Origin: Botryllus schlosseri
Lineage: Eukaryota
Assembly (NCBI GenBank): GCA_051294905.1
Contig: CM119371.1
Location: 22,322,001-22,386,000, forward strand
Reading direction: 5' to 3'
DNA length: 64,000 nt
In this document: positions 13,050-25,467 of the stretch, one piece after another
Position numbering within the stretch: the first letter of the stretch is position 1
Layout: every line of letters begins with the position of its first letter
Notes under the pieces: model-generated
What the model was told of the DNA's origin: nothing
Database searches by the model: none
Seen by the model: the letters and a program-made list of their open reading frames with translations, nothing else
Position numbers and translations under genes: made by a program

Positions 13050-13184
13050 GTAATGCTTGCGTTGCGAGTAGATTTAATTCGTTAGTTTGTTAGTATAGGC
13101 GAGAACACAGTGCCATCTACTGTTTTGTCTAGTCATAGTATACCCCAAGAGTCTTGTACTAACGCCAGTGTTTTATGCGTACAG

Positions 13185-13314
13185 GCTTTGGCTATTCTGC
13201 GTCCTAAACCTGCCGGCAGCTTCATCGTGCGCGACAGCAGATGCTTCCCGGGAGCTTTCGGACTGGCCCTCAAAGTCGACAAGTTGCCCACCAACGTGCA
13301 GCTGAAGCCGGGAG
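13185..13314 (+). CDS. TNS: Tensin SH2 exon (ALAILRPKPAGSFIVRDSRCFPGAFGLALKV...)
   Basis: SH2 core GSFIVRDS and GAFGLALKV. TACTAAC branch point at 13157-13163, GTAAGC donor. Confidence 0.97.
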
Positions 13315-13433
13315 GTAAGCGGCATACTTTACGGGCTTGAACGAGAACTTGCGTTATCATTGACAAACTCGCCTCCGCTTCGTTTCCTATTTACACATTG
13401 CGGCACATGCGGAAACATTCCTTTTTATTTCAG

Positions 13434-13604
13434 CCGATATCGCCAACGAATACGTCCGCCATTTTCTGATCGAACCCAGTTCGAGAGGTGTGAAGTTAAA
13501 GGGTTGCCCCAACGAGCCTGTGTTCGGCAGTCTCTCGGCTCTCGTGTACCAGCACTCGATTACCCCGTTGGCCCTGCCGTGCAAGCTTATCATACCGACG
13601 GCGG
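13434..13604 (+). CDS. TNS: Tensin SH2 exon ([10 protein letters not shown]...[31 protein letters not shown])
   Basis: Near-identical to the tensin SH2 C-terminal half. Canonical splice sites. Confidence 0.97.
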
Positions 13605-13666
13605 GTAAGATAAAGTTAGATCATAAATCCAATATTTGTATGACGTATATGCTGTGAGGTATTCAC

Positions 13667-14588
13667 TAGGGATGGTGTGAACATTCGCGTTCGCGTTCTG
13701 TGTGTGAACCTCAGAAATGTAAAGGTTCACGTTCACAAACGAACCTATGTAGGTTCTGCATTGTGAACCTTTTTCATATATTACCTTTTTCACTTTATTA
13801 TAACATCATTGGTTGAAATTTATTGCATTTCAACTGCGGGCTACTCTATCAATGGCGCAACAAGCGAGCATGCACCTTGACAATCTCAAAAATTTTACTA
13901 GGTTTATTACAAAAGTACGCTCGAAATATCCAGTTTTCCGTTTGTGAATATTTAGTGAGTCTCTGCTACGAGCTTGACCGGCAACCACACAATATCAAGA
14001 GTGAAATACCCTACATGTAGGTGGTCAGAGAATGCTGATGCTTATTCAACCTATCAATGAAATTGATATCGTTGTCTGATGTAACAAAATCTAGCAGGCG
14101 TACGGAGTCAATCTTAATTTCGTATGTTTATTGTGTCATAAAAACCAAATCCGTGCAATTGGGGTATTGATGGGGTAATATCGGTAGCATGTATAGACAT
14201 CCGTTATACACTCTGCTCAATATCAACGTAGCAATACACAGACGCCAAATACATTGTCTGTCTGGCCTAGACCGTTAAGGCTTATATTCCGTTGCAAGCG
14301 ACGGGAGATATTAGTTTTGTGGGACTATCATGTCGTTTGGTTGTCCCAGTTGATACATTTGGCGACGTTTAAAACGTCAATAAGTACTCCTGCATTGTGG
14401 CATTATCTGGCCGGATTCGTCACTAGGTATCGTGTACGTACATTATTATAGGCTATCACGTCACTGAAATGTAGGGTTGGGATTAGCAATATGACGTCAC
14501 GAGGTTCACGTTCGCGTTCACACAGAACCTTTCAAAATGGTTCGCGTTCACACGAACCTGAACCTTTCAGAGGTTTACACCATCCCTA
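13667..14588. mobile_element. hAT-type MITE, TAGGGATGGTGTGAAC TIR
   Basis: TIRs and perfect TSD gtattcac. Second copy at 30058-31254. Confidence 0.9.
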
Positions 14589-15345
14589 GTATTCACTCAT
14601 GTTTTTTCGAAAATCTAATATCCTTACCTATGCTATGCTAATAGTAGTTCGGCCTAGGTCTACCCTGCTCTGAATTACAGAACTTTACAGCAAACTTTTT
14701 AAAAAAAATCACCTGAAATTCTGAAATTTCAAAGTGAAATTTCTCCAACATGGGTTGCTCATGTTCTTTCAAACTTAAGCATAGCACAAGGCTGTCTTAG
14801 TACGTCCTAATAAAGGTGTAAGATCGGAAAAGGCGCGCCACAATTATGAGATTTGATATTAAGCGTATCGGTCCATTTTTTGACGGTCAAATCCAAACTA
14901 TGCGAAGCAGAACTACAGTTTTCAATATTTCGTGTAGAGCATAGCGACACCTAGCAGCTGTGAAAATTACGTGGTGATGGGTACAGCCGTCCGCAAGATA
15001 GCGCTGTCGACTCGCAAGTCCCCTTGTCATAATTGCATTCGTCGGAGGCGTCTAGCATTCATTCTCCTTGGCGCTATTGACCGGATCTCCGGATCTAGCC
15101 GGACATGAATGCTTCTGATATTAGAGGCTTCCTTTTTTTTTATTCATGATAGTGTCTATGTAGTGAAGTCACTCGCTACTAAATCCGAAGCTATACAATA
15201 ATAGATTTTACCGCCATAGCTACATCCTGCATCCAAATGGAATCCTGAAACATAGAAATCACGTAAATTCGAAGCCTTCCGTCAGTTTATGCCCGTCTCT
15301 GGGTAACAGGTAACATTCAACAATTAACACTTTCGCCTTGTTCAG

Positions 15346-15500
15346 ATCAAGAGATCCCGAAACCCCCCAGCCCGCAGGCAAGGCAACCCGAACCGACGCC
15401 CTCGCCACAAGCGACAGCGGCCGAACTGCTGAAACAGGGCGCCGCCTGCAACGTGATCTACCTTGGATCAGTGGACACGGAGTCTCTGACCGGACCGCTG
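15346..15500 (+). CDS. TNS: Tensin linker and PTB start ([27 protein letters not shown])
   Basis: Tensin PTB hallmark [10 protein letters not shown]...ESLTGP. Canonical splice sites. Confidence 0.97.
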
Positions 15501-16087
15501 GTGAGGCAGAATTTTCTCTGCATGCGTCTGGTCAAGTTTAGGGCAGATTCGTAGTTACGTCACTTCTTATTGCATTTACGTTACTTTTTTCGTTATCGAT
15601 TTCTACTAGTGTGAGGTATGTTTTTTTCCGGGTAGGGCTATTACGCCCTGTTATAAAACAAATTTTGTGTTTTTCCGAATTAGAATGAATTCAAATTATA
15701 GCTAGACAGCTTTTGTTGAATTAGATTTAAAATTGCTAAATCCGCAAAAACTTGAAGGAATCGTATTTTCACCATAGCGCGGTCTGTATATCCGGTACAC
15801 CGCCCTTTCGGGTACGAAATCCTGGTTTCACACTCATTTCAACGGGTGTAAATGAGTCAAATACACCTAAACATCGAGATATGTATCCCAGGAGTGTAAT
15901 GGGTTTTGTTTCCGTGTGAATTAGTGTATTTGACTCATTTTCACCTATTGAATAGGTGCGAAAGCGAAAGGTATGCTGGAAACGTTTATTTGGTTTGCAC
16001 CCTATGCTACAATGAAAGTCGAGGCTGTGGTTGACATCCGCATAGCGCGCGATGGTCTTTCGCGGCGTACAAGTCTGTTTTCTGCGG

Positions 16088-16342
16088 TTGTTGTTGGTGG
16101 TATTCATGGTGTTTGTCGGCTACCAGGCCAAAATGCTTCGTTTTTATTCCGTAGCTCTGCCGACTTGTAGCACGGCCCACTTCTAGGTATTTATAAGACA
16201 CCTCTTACACGTATGAGATAACGAGGAGGAGCCTAGGTAAACCTCCAACCCTTAGGTTGGAATTCTGGAGTCGACCTCGGTCGGACTCGAACCCGCAAGC
16301 CATTGATGTTGCCGCTGTGGATTATAACGCTACGCTATCTCT
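16088..16342 (-). mobile_element. SINE family A, copy 2
   Basis: Aligns with the copy at 3629-3896. B box GGTTCGAGTCC on the minus strand. Confidence 0.85.
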
Positions 16343-16379
16343 CTATCTGAGGTTTTAAATCAGCGCCTTTGTTTCGCAG

Positions 16380-16498
16380 GCTATCGAAAGAGCGATACGC
16401 GAGACGTACCAGGTGGCCAGGTCCAACCCCAACTCCACTTCGATCGTGCATTTCAAAGTCACGCCGCAGGGAATCACGCTGACAGACAACGCGCGAAA
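16380..16498 (+). CDS. TNS: Tensin PTB exon (AIERAI...VHFKVTPQGITLTDNARK)
   Basis: VHFKVxxQGITLTDN motif, GTAAGT donor. Confidence 0.97.
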
Positions 16499-16682
16499 GT
16501 AAGTAATCGGTGTCGCAAATTTCCCGTAAAAAAAGAGGAAACCTATAGTACAAGTAGAAAATGAAAGGATACAATGCTCGATTGTTCCGAAAATTCCCCT
16601 TGCAATCGACTTTGCCGTCGCGGACGCTTCAAATGGGAAGTTGAAACATTCACGTTAACTTTAATTTCAACTCTTTCCGCAG

Positions 16683-16814
16683 GCTATTCTTCCGAAAGCA
16701 CTACCCGACCGAGACAGTCACGTACTGCGGTCTGGACCCGCTCGGCGGCGCTAACAAGTCGCAAAAGTTCAGGCGGTGGGACGCGACGGGCGTGAAAGGC
16801 TCCGCGGACGCTTG
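16683..16814 (+). CDS. TNS: Tensin PTB exon (LFFRKHYPTETVTYCGLDP...)
   Basis: LFFRRHYP...C.LDP motif, frame consistent. Confidence 0.95.
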
Positions 16815-17261
16815 GTACGTGTGAATTTTGCTTTTTGGCGGCTAAATCACTAATACCTAAGCGATCTGATCTCAATTGATTATAATGGGTGTCACTCATG
16901 GGACATTTTTGTAGCACGAATGATGCGTAAAGCTCACAATAGCTACCTTCCGCGCGACCACGAAGCAAATATTGCCTTTTCTATATACCAATAAACATGA
17001 CATTGCCTCTAACGTACAAAGCTTTGTACTACATGTTGATACGACCGAACGAGGTTCACTACCTTCCGCCATGGAAAATAGTATCGAAACTGTCGAACTA
17101 GTTTTCAGTACACAAAAAATATCATATCTCGCTGCTCGACACGAATCATTTGAATTATTACTCAGTTAGTATTCGTGAACTTGGAATTAGTTATATTGGA
17201 CTTACAATCACTTTTTGAGCTTCAATATTCGCGTGCCTAATTACATCATCTCATTTTCTAG

Positions 17262-17415
17262 GCTGTTTGGCTTCGTTGCACGTAAACAGGCCGGTGCCAC
17301 CGGAAACACATGCCTAGTCTTCGCCGAACTAGACCCTGCTCAGCCCGCCAGGGCCGTGGTTAACTTCGTCATGAAGGTGCTGATCGGGTTCTCCCGCCAG
17401 AACAGCAGTACCTGA
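17262..17415 (+). CDS. TNS: Tensin last coding exon (LFGFVARKQ...[23 protein letters not shown]...stop)
   Basis: FGFVARK and FAELDPxQPAxAxVNFV motifs. TGA at 17413-17415. Confidence 0.97.
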
Positions 17416-17813
17416 TTCTGCTCGCAGCCTTTTACATGACGTTACTACTCGATGACGTCATCTAATCACGGCGTTCGCTGGTCGAAACGCGCACCCCGGG
17501 GAGGCGACCGGACTGGAGGCCCGCCGAGGTCCGCACCGCCGACGCCTCGCCCGTGTATCCCGCGACTAACCAGCTCTTGTCTACTGCCAACGTTGCCCGT
17601 CCGACTCGGGTCGGAGTGAGGCGTCGTCTCGCGTAACTTATTCTGTTAACGTTTCTTTCCGATTATAATAATCATGTTCAAAGATATCGATGATTTTTAT
17701 CGCGTTTAGCGTTGTTTTGATGTTTAATCTGATGTGTTGCGCGCTGTGTTTCGTGTCGAGCCGGGATATCTATTGGATGTACACGGGATGCTTTCTATTA
17801 TGATGGGATGTTC

Positions 17814-17819
17814 AATAAA
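17814..17819 (+). promoter_or_regulatory. Candidate polyadenylation signal of tensin
   Basis: First AATAAA seen, ~400 nt after the stop codon. Confidence 0.55.
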
Positions 17820-17834
17820 CATCAAAAGGATTCT

Positions 17835-18440
17835 TCGTATAGGCCCTGAGAATGCTATTGGAAATCCGTTAAATACTATTTATTGGTGCTGGCATATATA
17901 TTGAACTTACACTTGATAAATCGTATTGGTGCTGAGACATCTGTTACATATCAACGGGACACTTTGTGTTATGCTGATATACCTATTGAGCATATATTGG
18001 ATAATTCGTATGAATTCTGGCACAGCTATTGGAAATCCACTATTAGAAATCGCATTGGTGCTGGTGTATCTATTATATACACTGGATAAATGGTATATGG
18101 GCTGAGACATCTCTTTGAAATCTACTGGATAGTGTGTGTTATACTGGTATATCTATTGAACATTAACTGGATAATTCGTATTGGTTCTAGGAGAGCTATT
18201 GCAAAACCGTTTGGTACTTTGTATTGGTGCTGGCAGGCCTATATCTATTAAATGTCCATTGCTTAAATTGTATTTTGCACTGGGAAAGCTATTGTAAATC
18301 CACTTGATACTTAGTATCAGTGACGAAATATCTATTGAACACCCAATGGATAATTCGTATTGGTTCTGGGATAGCTAAGAGAAATCCAAAGGGACGAGGT
18401 GTGTTACGCTGGGATATCTATTTGAAATCTGTTAGATACT
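17835..18440. repeat. Degenerate ~43-bp tandem repeat (TATTGGTGCTGG..ATATCTATTGAA)
   Basis: TATTGGTGCT-like and CTATTG motifs recur at ~43-bp spacing (e.g. 17881, 17924). Confidence 0.75.
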
Positions 18441-19581
18441 ATGGCTTTCAATCTTTGACTGTATTTCCTACACTTAATAGTTCAAGGGCTTTGTTGTGAG
18501 TCGAGTAGATTCAAGGCGTCGCCATTGCTGACTATTCCCAAGTCCGGGTCATTCCGTGCTTGCGATGCCTAGCTCCATTGATTTCATATACTTTGGCGTT
18601 TCGCGAATTATGTGCTAATACAACTCCGCGTGTATCAACTCTGTAACGTGACACGGTACGCGTTTCCAGATCAGACTGAGATTTCCCCCCGGTGCTTTCT
18701 GTAAAGACTGTAAGTATTAGCCTCCTTTTACCGTTCGAAAACTGCGGAAGGCGCTTTATTTGCTCTATCGTTCAGTCTGTTCGAGATACTAATACCGTTA
18801 CTTTTGTTTTATGCGAGAATACGTGAGATATTTACGATTTTATGTCAAGCGTTCCTGTAAATAAACGTGGCCCGAAAAGTGTGGGGTCTGTGTTCGGTGC
18901 AGGGGTGGCGAAGACAGCAACGGGTCAGTATTTTCGAGGTTTGGATTTGTTTTGCGGTTCTAAAGTACGATTTTGAAGCCTGGGTCAGTTGAAGGAAAAT
19001 TTCGGCGTAGAAGACAGTGTAGCTTTAGGTCAGTGGTTCCCAAACTTTTTTGAGCTACCGCCCCCCTGGACAACGAATAAAGTTCCAGCGTCCCCCTCCC
19101 TCTAAATCAAAACCTAACTAAAGTTGTTCTGCATTTATTACAGCTAATAACGAGACAGATGAAGCTGGTGTATTATTATCATCATCATCGTCATATTGGG
19201 TGTGAGTTTTGATATAAGAACCATTCTAAAATCTCAAGTCGGTGTTTGCTGTGGGTCAGAAACTTGATCACGGCACTGAGAACACGTCAAATATGAGCGG
19301 GGAAGGGCAACTACGAAAAAGTCCACCCGACTTTAGTGAGAGTATTTCTATTTGATTTAATTGCCTATCCAGAACGATTGATTGGAGATATTGAACTTAT
19401 GGCAAAACTCGAAATTGTTCTACACTACAATATAATCAGTAATCGGCTCTTCAATCATTTCATGATCGGAAAATTCACATAATGGATTGATTATCCGGTA
19501 AGGAATTTGTAACCTATTATACCTCGATTTTATTTAGCGTCGATGGGTTACCTCACCGCGATGTGCTGTGATCGTATAGTG

Positions 19582-21159
19582 CAGTGGTCGGGAGCCTTTA
19601 CGACTGAAGACCCATATTTGCTAGGCTTACCATACGTCCTCTTTTCAGAGGATTTGTCCTCTTTTTTGACATTTTTGAAAGTGTCCTCGGAGGACGCCCT
19701 TTTGTCCTCTTTTTTGAGATTTTATCCTCTTTTTTGAAAATTTAGGTCAGATTCAGAGCAAATTGCGAGCGATATGCCGCAAATTAGCACAGAAGTGACG
19801 CTCCGGCGGGTATTTCGGAGTGAAAAACGGTGATTTTAGCTCTGAGCGAAAAGCTGACCTTTTTTTAGTCATCCACCTGGTAATGTGGAGAGAAAAACGG
19901 TATTTTGAGTTCTGAGCAGAAAAGATGACCTTTTTTTTAGTCAACCGATCCCAAAGTGGGAAAAATTCACCGTTTTTTGAAAATTCTACTCCGGTTTTGC
20001 AAGTTGCAAATTTTTGAAAAAGTGTCATCTTTTTAGACTTCCAAAATATGGTAAGCCTAATATTTGCCCAATATTTTTACTTGTAACTCCCAAAGAGCCA
20101 TACATGTCAATCAACTGTTACGTCACAATTGAACAGCCGTCACGTATTTGTAGCACAAATATATAGGATTCGTAGTGTTTGCCATATTTTTCTGCCCGCA
20201 TGCGTAGGTGGAGCCAAACATGGTCACTACAGCAGTATACATACCCACCATGTGATACGTCAGGGTCGTGGGGCTATAAGTGAGGCAGTGCCTCAGATGT
20301 CTTCAGGGATGAGTGAAGGAAAATTGTGAACCATTCAATGGTACGTTCTATCGATGTTTATGAATGACTAGATTCTGAACAATTTTATTCCCGAAATCAC
20401 GGAATTTTCATATTTATTGTTCGAAAATAAAGCGCGAAAGGAGTGGTAAGACTCAGATGAGGCACCGGCGGGCCAAGCCTCACCTGTGACAGCGCAACTC
20501 ATCGTAAATACCTTAGAATTTATAATCATTGATATTATTCAACCGTAATTGTCGCGCTGATTCTGAAAATCTCAGTATTTATCGACTACTGAAATATTCG
20601 ACCTTACCTAACGTTACGTTACACACTCATATTTTTACCGCGATGCTAATAAGCTAATAACAAGCGAGTCAAGAAAAAGGATGCGTTGTTTTTATTTTGA
20701 ATTTGTAATTGTGAATGTCACTTCAAAGACATTTTGTTTCTCGGTGTAGATCAGGGTGACATTGTGTATTTGAAAACTGCATTGTCCTACAAGTGTCGCC
20801 ATGTCTGCTATTCTCCTTTGTCAATCAAGGTATCGTGCAATCCAAGATTGCTAGGTGCGCGATGGTTGGTAGATCGAATTCGCGAGTGGTGTTAGTCGCC
20901 GGTGCGACAGCAACTTAAATTTGGGGGTTTGGAAGAGAGGGCCGTGCGGGCCCCTAACTCTGCATACCTGACGGTCTTGACATCTCAAAGACATGTTTGT
21001 GCTGCCACGAGAATAATTATTCTCGCCACCATGGCAATTTATTATCAAGTTGCTGCAGTATTGATAAATTAGGTACAAAATTAAAAATTTCTCAAATAGC
21101 CATATCTTATACCATAAAGAGCCATATATGGCTCGCGTGCCATAGGTTCCTGACCACTG
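19582..21159. mobile_element. Non-autonomous hAT-type element inserted in tRNA-His
   Basis: TIRs CAGTGGTCGGGAGCCT/AGGTTCCTGACCACTG, TSD gtatagtg/gtataatg. Confidence 0.9.
19622..20059. mobile_element. Nested MITE, TAGGCTTACCATA TIR (relatives near 24118-24444, 25846-26238, 46890-47205, 54068-54404)
   Basis: Perfect 13-bp TIR and perfect TSD atatttgc. Confidence 0.9.
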
Positions 21160-22089
21160 GTATAATGGTTAGTACCTTACGTTGTGGCCATGATAAACCA
21201 GTTTAGAATCCTGGTCACAGCAGACTCTTTGATAAAGTATCCTAGCGAAGAGACAGTCGAGACGAATAACATAGGCTAGCGCGATTTGGCAACACATTTC
21301 CACCAAAATATAGTGTCGGAATAACTATAAACCTCAATGAAAGTTATAAAAACTTCTAGATATCCCTGGTGATCCCGCTTATTTCCCGTCGATTTCCAAG
21401 TTAGAAACTCGGTTTCAAAATCGATTTTATAGCTTATATTTGTTAGAATCCGGAATATGGCTATTGTATAACCATAACCAACCATGTCGTTCCGTTCCAC
21501 TCTATAAAAATACAATACCAGACCGATGTTTCGGTGGTAACTTAAAGCGATGTTAACCTCGCTATAATGGATCATGAATGTAGCGGTTGCCGCTGCGAAC
21601 GATACACTAGCTGTACTGACTCACAGCCCCGAACGATCGTGTGGATCTTGATCGCACTTGTATATATGCAAGATGGTTCCTTTATTATCACAGCGCAGAC
21701 CATTAGTGGTTTGATGTTTACCACAACCAGTCAATTTAACAGGTTCAAACTGTGCTGGAATATAATAATAAATACAACCAATAATGGGTAATAGAGAATG
21801 TAACTTTTAGTATACTCAATACTCATACTCAGCGACTACCGGGTTTCCCAGCCTGATAGTGATCCGCTGATTAGCGCGTGAATCACGTACTGCTTCTACT
21901 CTGTGGGAATAGGATAGGAATATGATTCATAGCATTAACAATTCACAGCGAAGGTAGAATTGGTGTATACCAGATGCTCTCTTCTGTCATCCTGCTTTAC
22001 ATTCATTGATATCGATCGCGTTATTTGACTGCGTTGAAGATTAATTTATTACGACGATTGCCCGTCGGTGGTTTAACCCATCGTGCTGC

Positions 22090-22162
22090 TCTGTAATCAT
22101 GTAGTGGTTCGCACCTCACGCTGTGGTCGTGATAACCCAGGATGCACATCCCGGTCTCGGCA
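22090..22162 (+). pseudogene. Degenerate tRNA-His copy
   Basis: Recognisable tRNA-His sequence with many substitutions and a destroyed B box. Confidence 0.8.
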
Positions 22163-22543
22163 CATTTTTTTCTACCACGAGGACTCACTGCATTATTCAT
22201 TTTTAAATGACAATCTTACCAGTGTTCAAAATAATAGTTTTTGTAACTGTTGACTTTGACAACGGTTTTTCTGTTAGCAATATGAATAGCCATACGTTGT
22301 TAGTAGTTTTTGCGCATGATATCATGAGCGTTAGCACTTGACTCGACGCGGATTTACATAGTTACGCGATTGCAAACTGACAACTACGAACGAAAAATAT
22401 CCGCATATACGACGGTGTAACCTCATTCGATTCGAACTGGCTCAGTCGAATCAATGATATCACTTGACCGCTGATATATTCTTACCGACAGTGATATATA
22501 ATTTCGGAACTTGATAGTTTGATTCGTAAGTCTCTCAAGTCGC

Positions 22544-22626
22544 GCTGAGATCGTATCAATAGTGCTTCGTTGGTACCTCACGTTGTGGCGGCAAGCATAA
22601 CCCAGGTTCGAATCATGGTCACAGCA
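22544..22626 (+). pseudogene. Degenerate tRNA-His copy with insertions in the D arm and anticodon stem
   Basis: Aligns to the intact copies with several indels. Confidence 0.8.
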
Positions 22627-22885
22627 ATAATAAGAAGTCAGTGGTCACGATGGATGATAATACCATGGTCTGCGCAAGTTGTTGGGAGACTCCTCAGTTT
22701 TACACCTGATTGGAGTCGTTATTACAGTTTCCGTCGTAACACAATGCGCCTATTGAGTGACTTATATCAGCATCAGCACTCCATGCTATCAGTCAACTTT
22801 ACAATGATTGCTATCGATTGATGGTGTTGAAGAGTAATTAGTTCCGATGAGGGTGTCGCCGATGGCATACGGCCTATCGCGCTGC

Positions 22886-22957
22886 GCTGTGATCGTATAG
22901 TGGTTAGTACCTCGCGTTGTGGCCGTGATAACCCAGGTTCGAATCCTGGTCACAGCA
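22886..22957 (+). tRNA. tRNA-His(GUG)
   Basis: 72-nt cloverleaf, anticodon GTG, intact A and B boxes, TTTT terminator. Confidence 0.93.
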
Positions 22958-23866
22958 CGTTTTGTACAGCTCCGTTTCTCACGAATAACTTACAAGCATT
23001 TCCTATTAACTATTTGCATCGACAACTTTTTTCTCGTGGTCTTGATATGACTTTATCGAATCCTGGTCACAGCACCTTTTGTACGAAACCGTTCCGCACG
23101 AATAACTTACCACAAACTGGCTATAAAATTTCTTAACAACTATTTGCTTGGACACAACTTGTTCTTGTGGTTGAGCATGCGACAGTCGAACCTGCGGAAT
23201 ATGAGAAAAGAACGCAGTTTTCGATCGGAGCGTAGCTCGTCTTCGCCTCAGCGACATCCGAAAACAAAAATTTATGGTTGATATTCCCGAGCCTCAATGC
23301 AGAGATTAGTGCTTCGGTGCGAAGTGCAACAACAAAACTGAACTCGGAGATGCTGGCGTGAGCGAAAAAAAACTGTGTAGCTTTAATTCTAATATAAATC
23401 TAATTCGGAAACGCTGAAAATTTTATAGTTGTCCAAGACTGTATCTTGACCGCATTCGTATATCCAAGAAGGTTACTTTATTATCACAGCACAGACAATT
23501 AGTGGTTTGATGGTGACCACAACTTGTCAATTTAACAGGTTCAAACCATACTGGAATATAATAATAAATACAAACAATAATGAGAAATAGAGAATGTGAC
23601 ATTTAGCAGACGCAGCGACTACCGCGTTTCAAAGCCTTATTGTGATCCGCTGATTAGTAAGTGAATCACGAACTGCCATGCATCTCTATGGAAATACATA
23701 GGGTTCAGAGTATTGACAATTCACAGCCTGGGTAAAATAGGCGTAAACCATTGCCCTAATCTGCCATTCTACTTTACAATCAATGTTATCTATCGCGTTA
23801 TTTGATTGCGTTCAAATGTAATTAATTCCAAAGGCGTACCGTCGGTGGGTTAGCCCATCGCGCTGC

Positions 23867-23938
23867 GCTGTGATCGTATAGTGGTTAGTACCTCACGTTG
23901 TGGCCGTGATAACCCAGGTTCGAATCCTGGTCACGGCA
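23867..23938 (+). tRNA. tRNA-His(GUG)
   Basis: Intact cloverleaf with one G-U pair in the acceptor stem, TTTT terminator. Confidence 0.93.
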
Positions 23939-24736
23939 CCTTTTGTGCTGCCACTACGGCGCACTTGATTTTTTTTAACGAAAATCTTACCAGTGTACAA
24001 ATACTAGTTTTTGTAACTGTTTACTTTGAACAGTTTTTCTGGTCGCAATATGAATGTATATCCATACCTTGGTGGTAGTTTTTTTGCGCGTGATATCATG
24101 AACTGTTCCACCTGACTACGGTTACCATACCTCCTCGCTTTTCAGGTTTTTGAAATTGTCCTATTTTTTGGCAATTCGTCCTCTTTAATGCTTTTACAGC
24201 TAAGATAGTGCATAGATTCGAGTGACAATGGGCATAAATGACGTTAAATAGGAAATTAATGGTTCTATAGGAAGCGACGACCTTTTTCTTGAGTCAACAC
24301 TACTGATTTTAAGTATAAAGTGTGTAATTCGAGAGTCACCCCACCAAATGTTTCAGCAGAAATGGAGAAACAGGCTGATTTCATTTTTGATAAAACTAAC
24401 TTTTATGATTTGGCAAAAGTGCACTCCTATCTTTATTTCAAAATATGGTAACGCAACACTTTACTCGACACGGAATTACGAAAAATATCCCCATCTCTTT
24501 GACCCGATACCCAACCGTACAGCAAAAATTAAAGTTATTTTATTACAGTGCTCCATGTATGCGAAACCTCGACTCGCTGTGCAATGTGCAACTTGTGCAT
24601 AGCCGAATCGTTTGTCATCAAAAATATTTCTGATCAATGATATGAATTAACCACTGTTACATTCTTACCGACAGTGATATCTAGTTTTGTCTCTCTCATG
24701 TCTCGAGGTCGTCGGTGAGATATCACATCGAGTCAC

Positions 24737-24814
24737 GCTGTAATAGCATAGTGGTTATAGTACCTCACGTTGTTGCCGTGATAACCCATGCAGATTCGAG
24801 TCCTGGTAACAGCA
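24737..24814 (+). pseudogene. Degenerate tRNA-His copy
   Basis: Small insertions in the D and T arms plus substitutions. Confidence 0.8.
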
Positions 24815-25395
24815 CGATTTTTAGTATAATGGGCGAATACGAAGCCAGTAATCAGGATGAGAATACCATGGTCTGTGCAGCTTGTTGCGAGACACGCCAT
24901 TGTTAAACATGATTTGAGTCGTTATTTCAGTTTCTGTCGCAACACATCAGGCATATGCCTTTGTAGACTTACACGACTGCACCGAACTCTCATATCCAAG
25001 TAGCTCATTTTATTATATAACAGTGTGGCCGTAGTAAGTAATGGTCAGAAAGCTGTAAATTTACCATGTTCACATGCTACCCTATTATAATAACAAATAT
25101 CAATAACAGACTGAAACGATGCGAAGGACTATTATGAGAAGAACCTTCGACCAATGAGTTTCACAGCCTGATTGTAACCAACTGACTGGCAATTCAATCA
25201 CAGTCTCCTTCGTGATTGCAATCTAGGATTCAGTGCATGACACACTCCACAACGAGTGTATGATCGACTTAGATTAGCACTCCCTGAAATCACCCTAATT
25301 CACAATGATTGTTATTGATTGAGTTGTTTGATTGTGCTGAAGAGCAATTAATTTCCCTACTGCAAACGCCGATAGCATGTAGCCTATCGCGCTGC

Positions 25396-25467
25396 GCTGT
25401 GATCGTATAGTGGTTAGTACCTCACGTTGTGGCCGTGATAACCCAGGTTCGAATCCTCGTCACAGCA
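25396..25467 (+). tRNA. tRNA-His(GUG), one C-C mismatch in the T stem
   Basis: Identical to consensus except CCTCG for CCTGG. Confidence 0.85.

Larger units (their letters stand above)
19565..21222 (+). pseudogene. tRNA-His(GUG) pseudogene split by a transposon (5' part 19565-19581, 3' part 21160-21222)
   Basis: The two halves rejoin to a tRNA-His sequence once the element and one TSD copy are removed. Confidence 0.88.

Noticed and set aside
22900..24078. Recurrent ORFs starting MVSTSRCGRDNPGSNPGH as a protein family
   Set aside because: They are translations of tRNA-His genes
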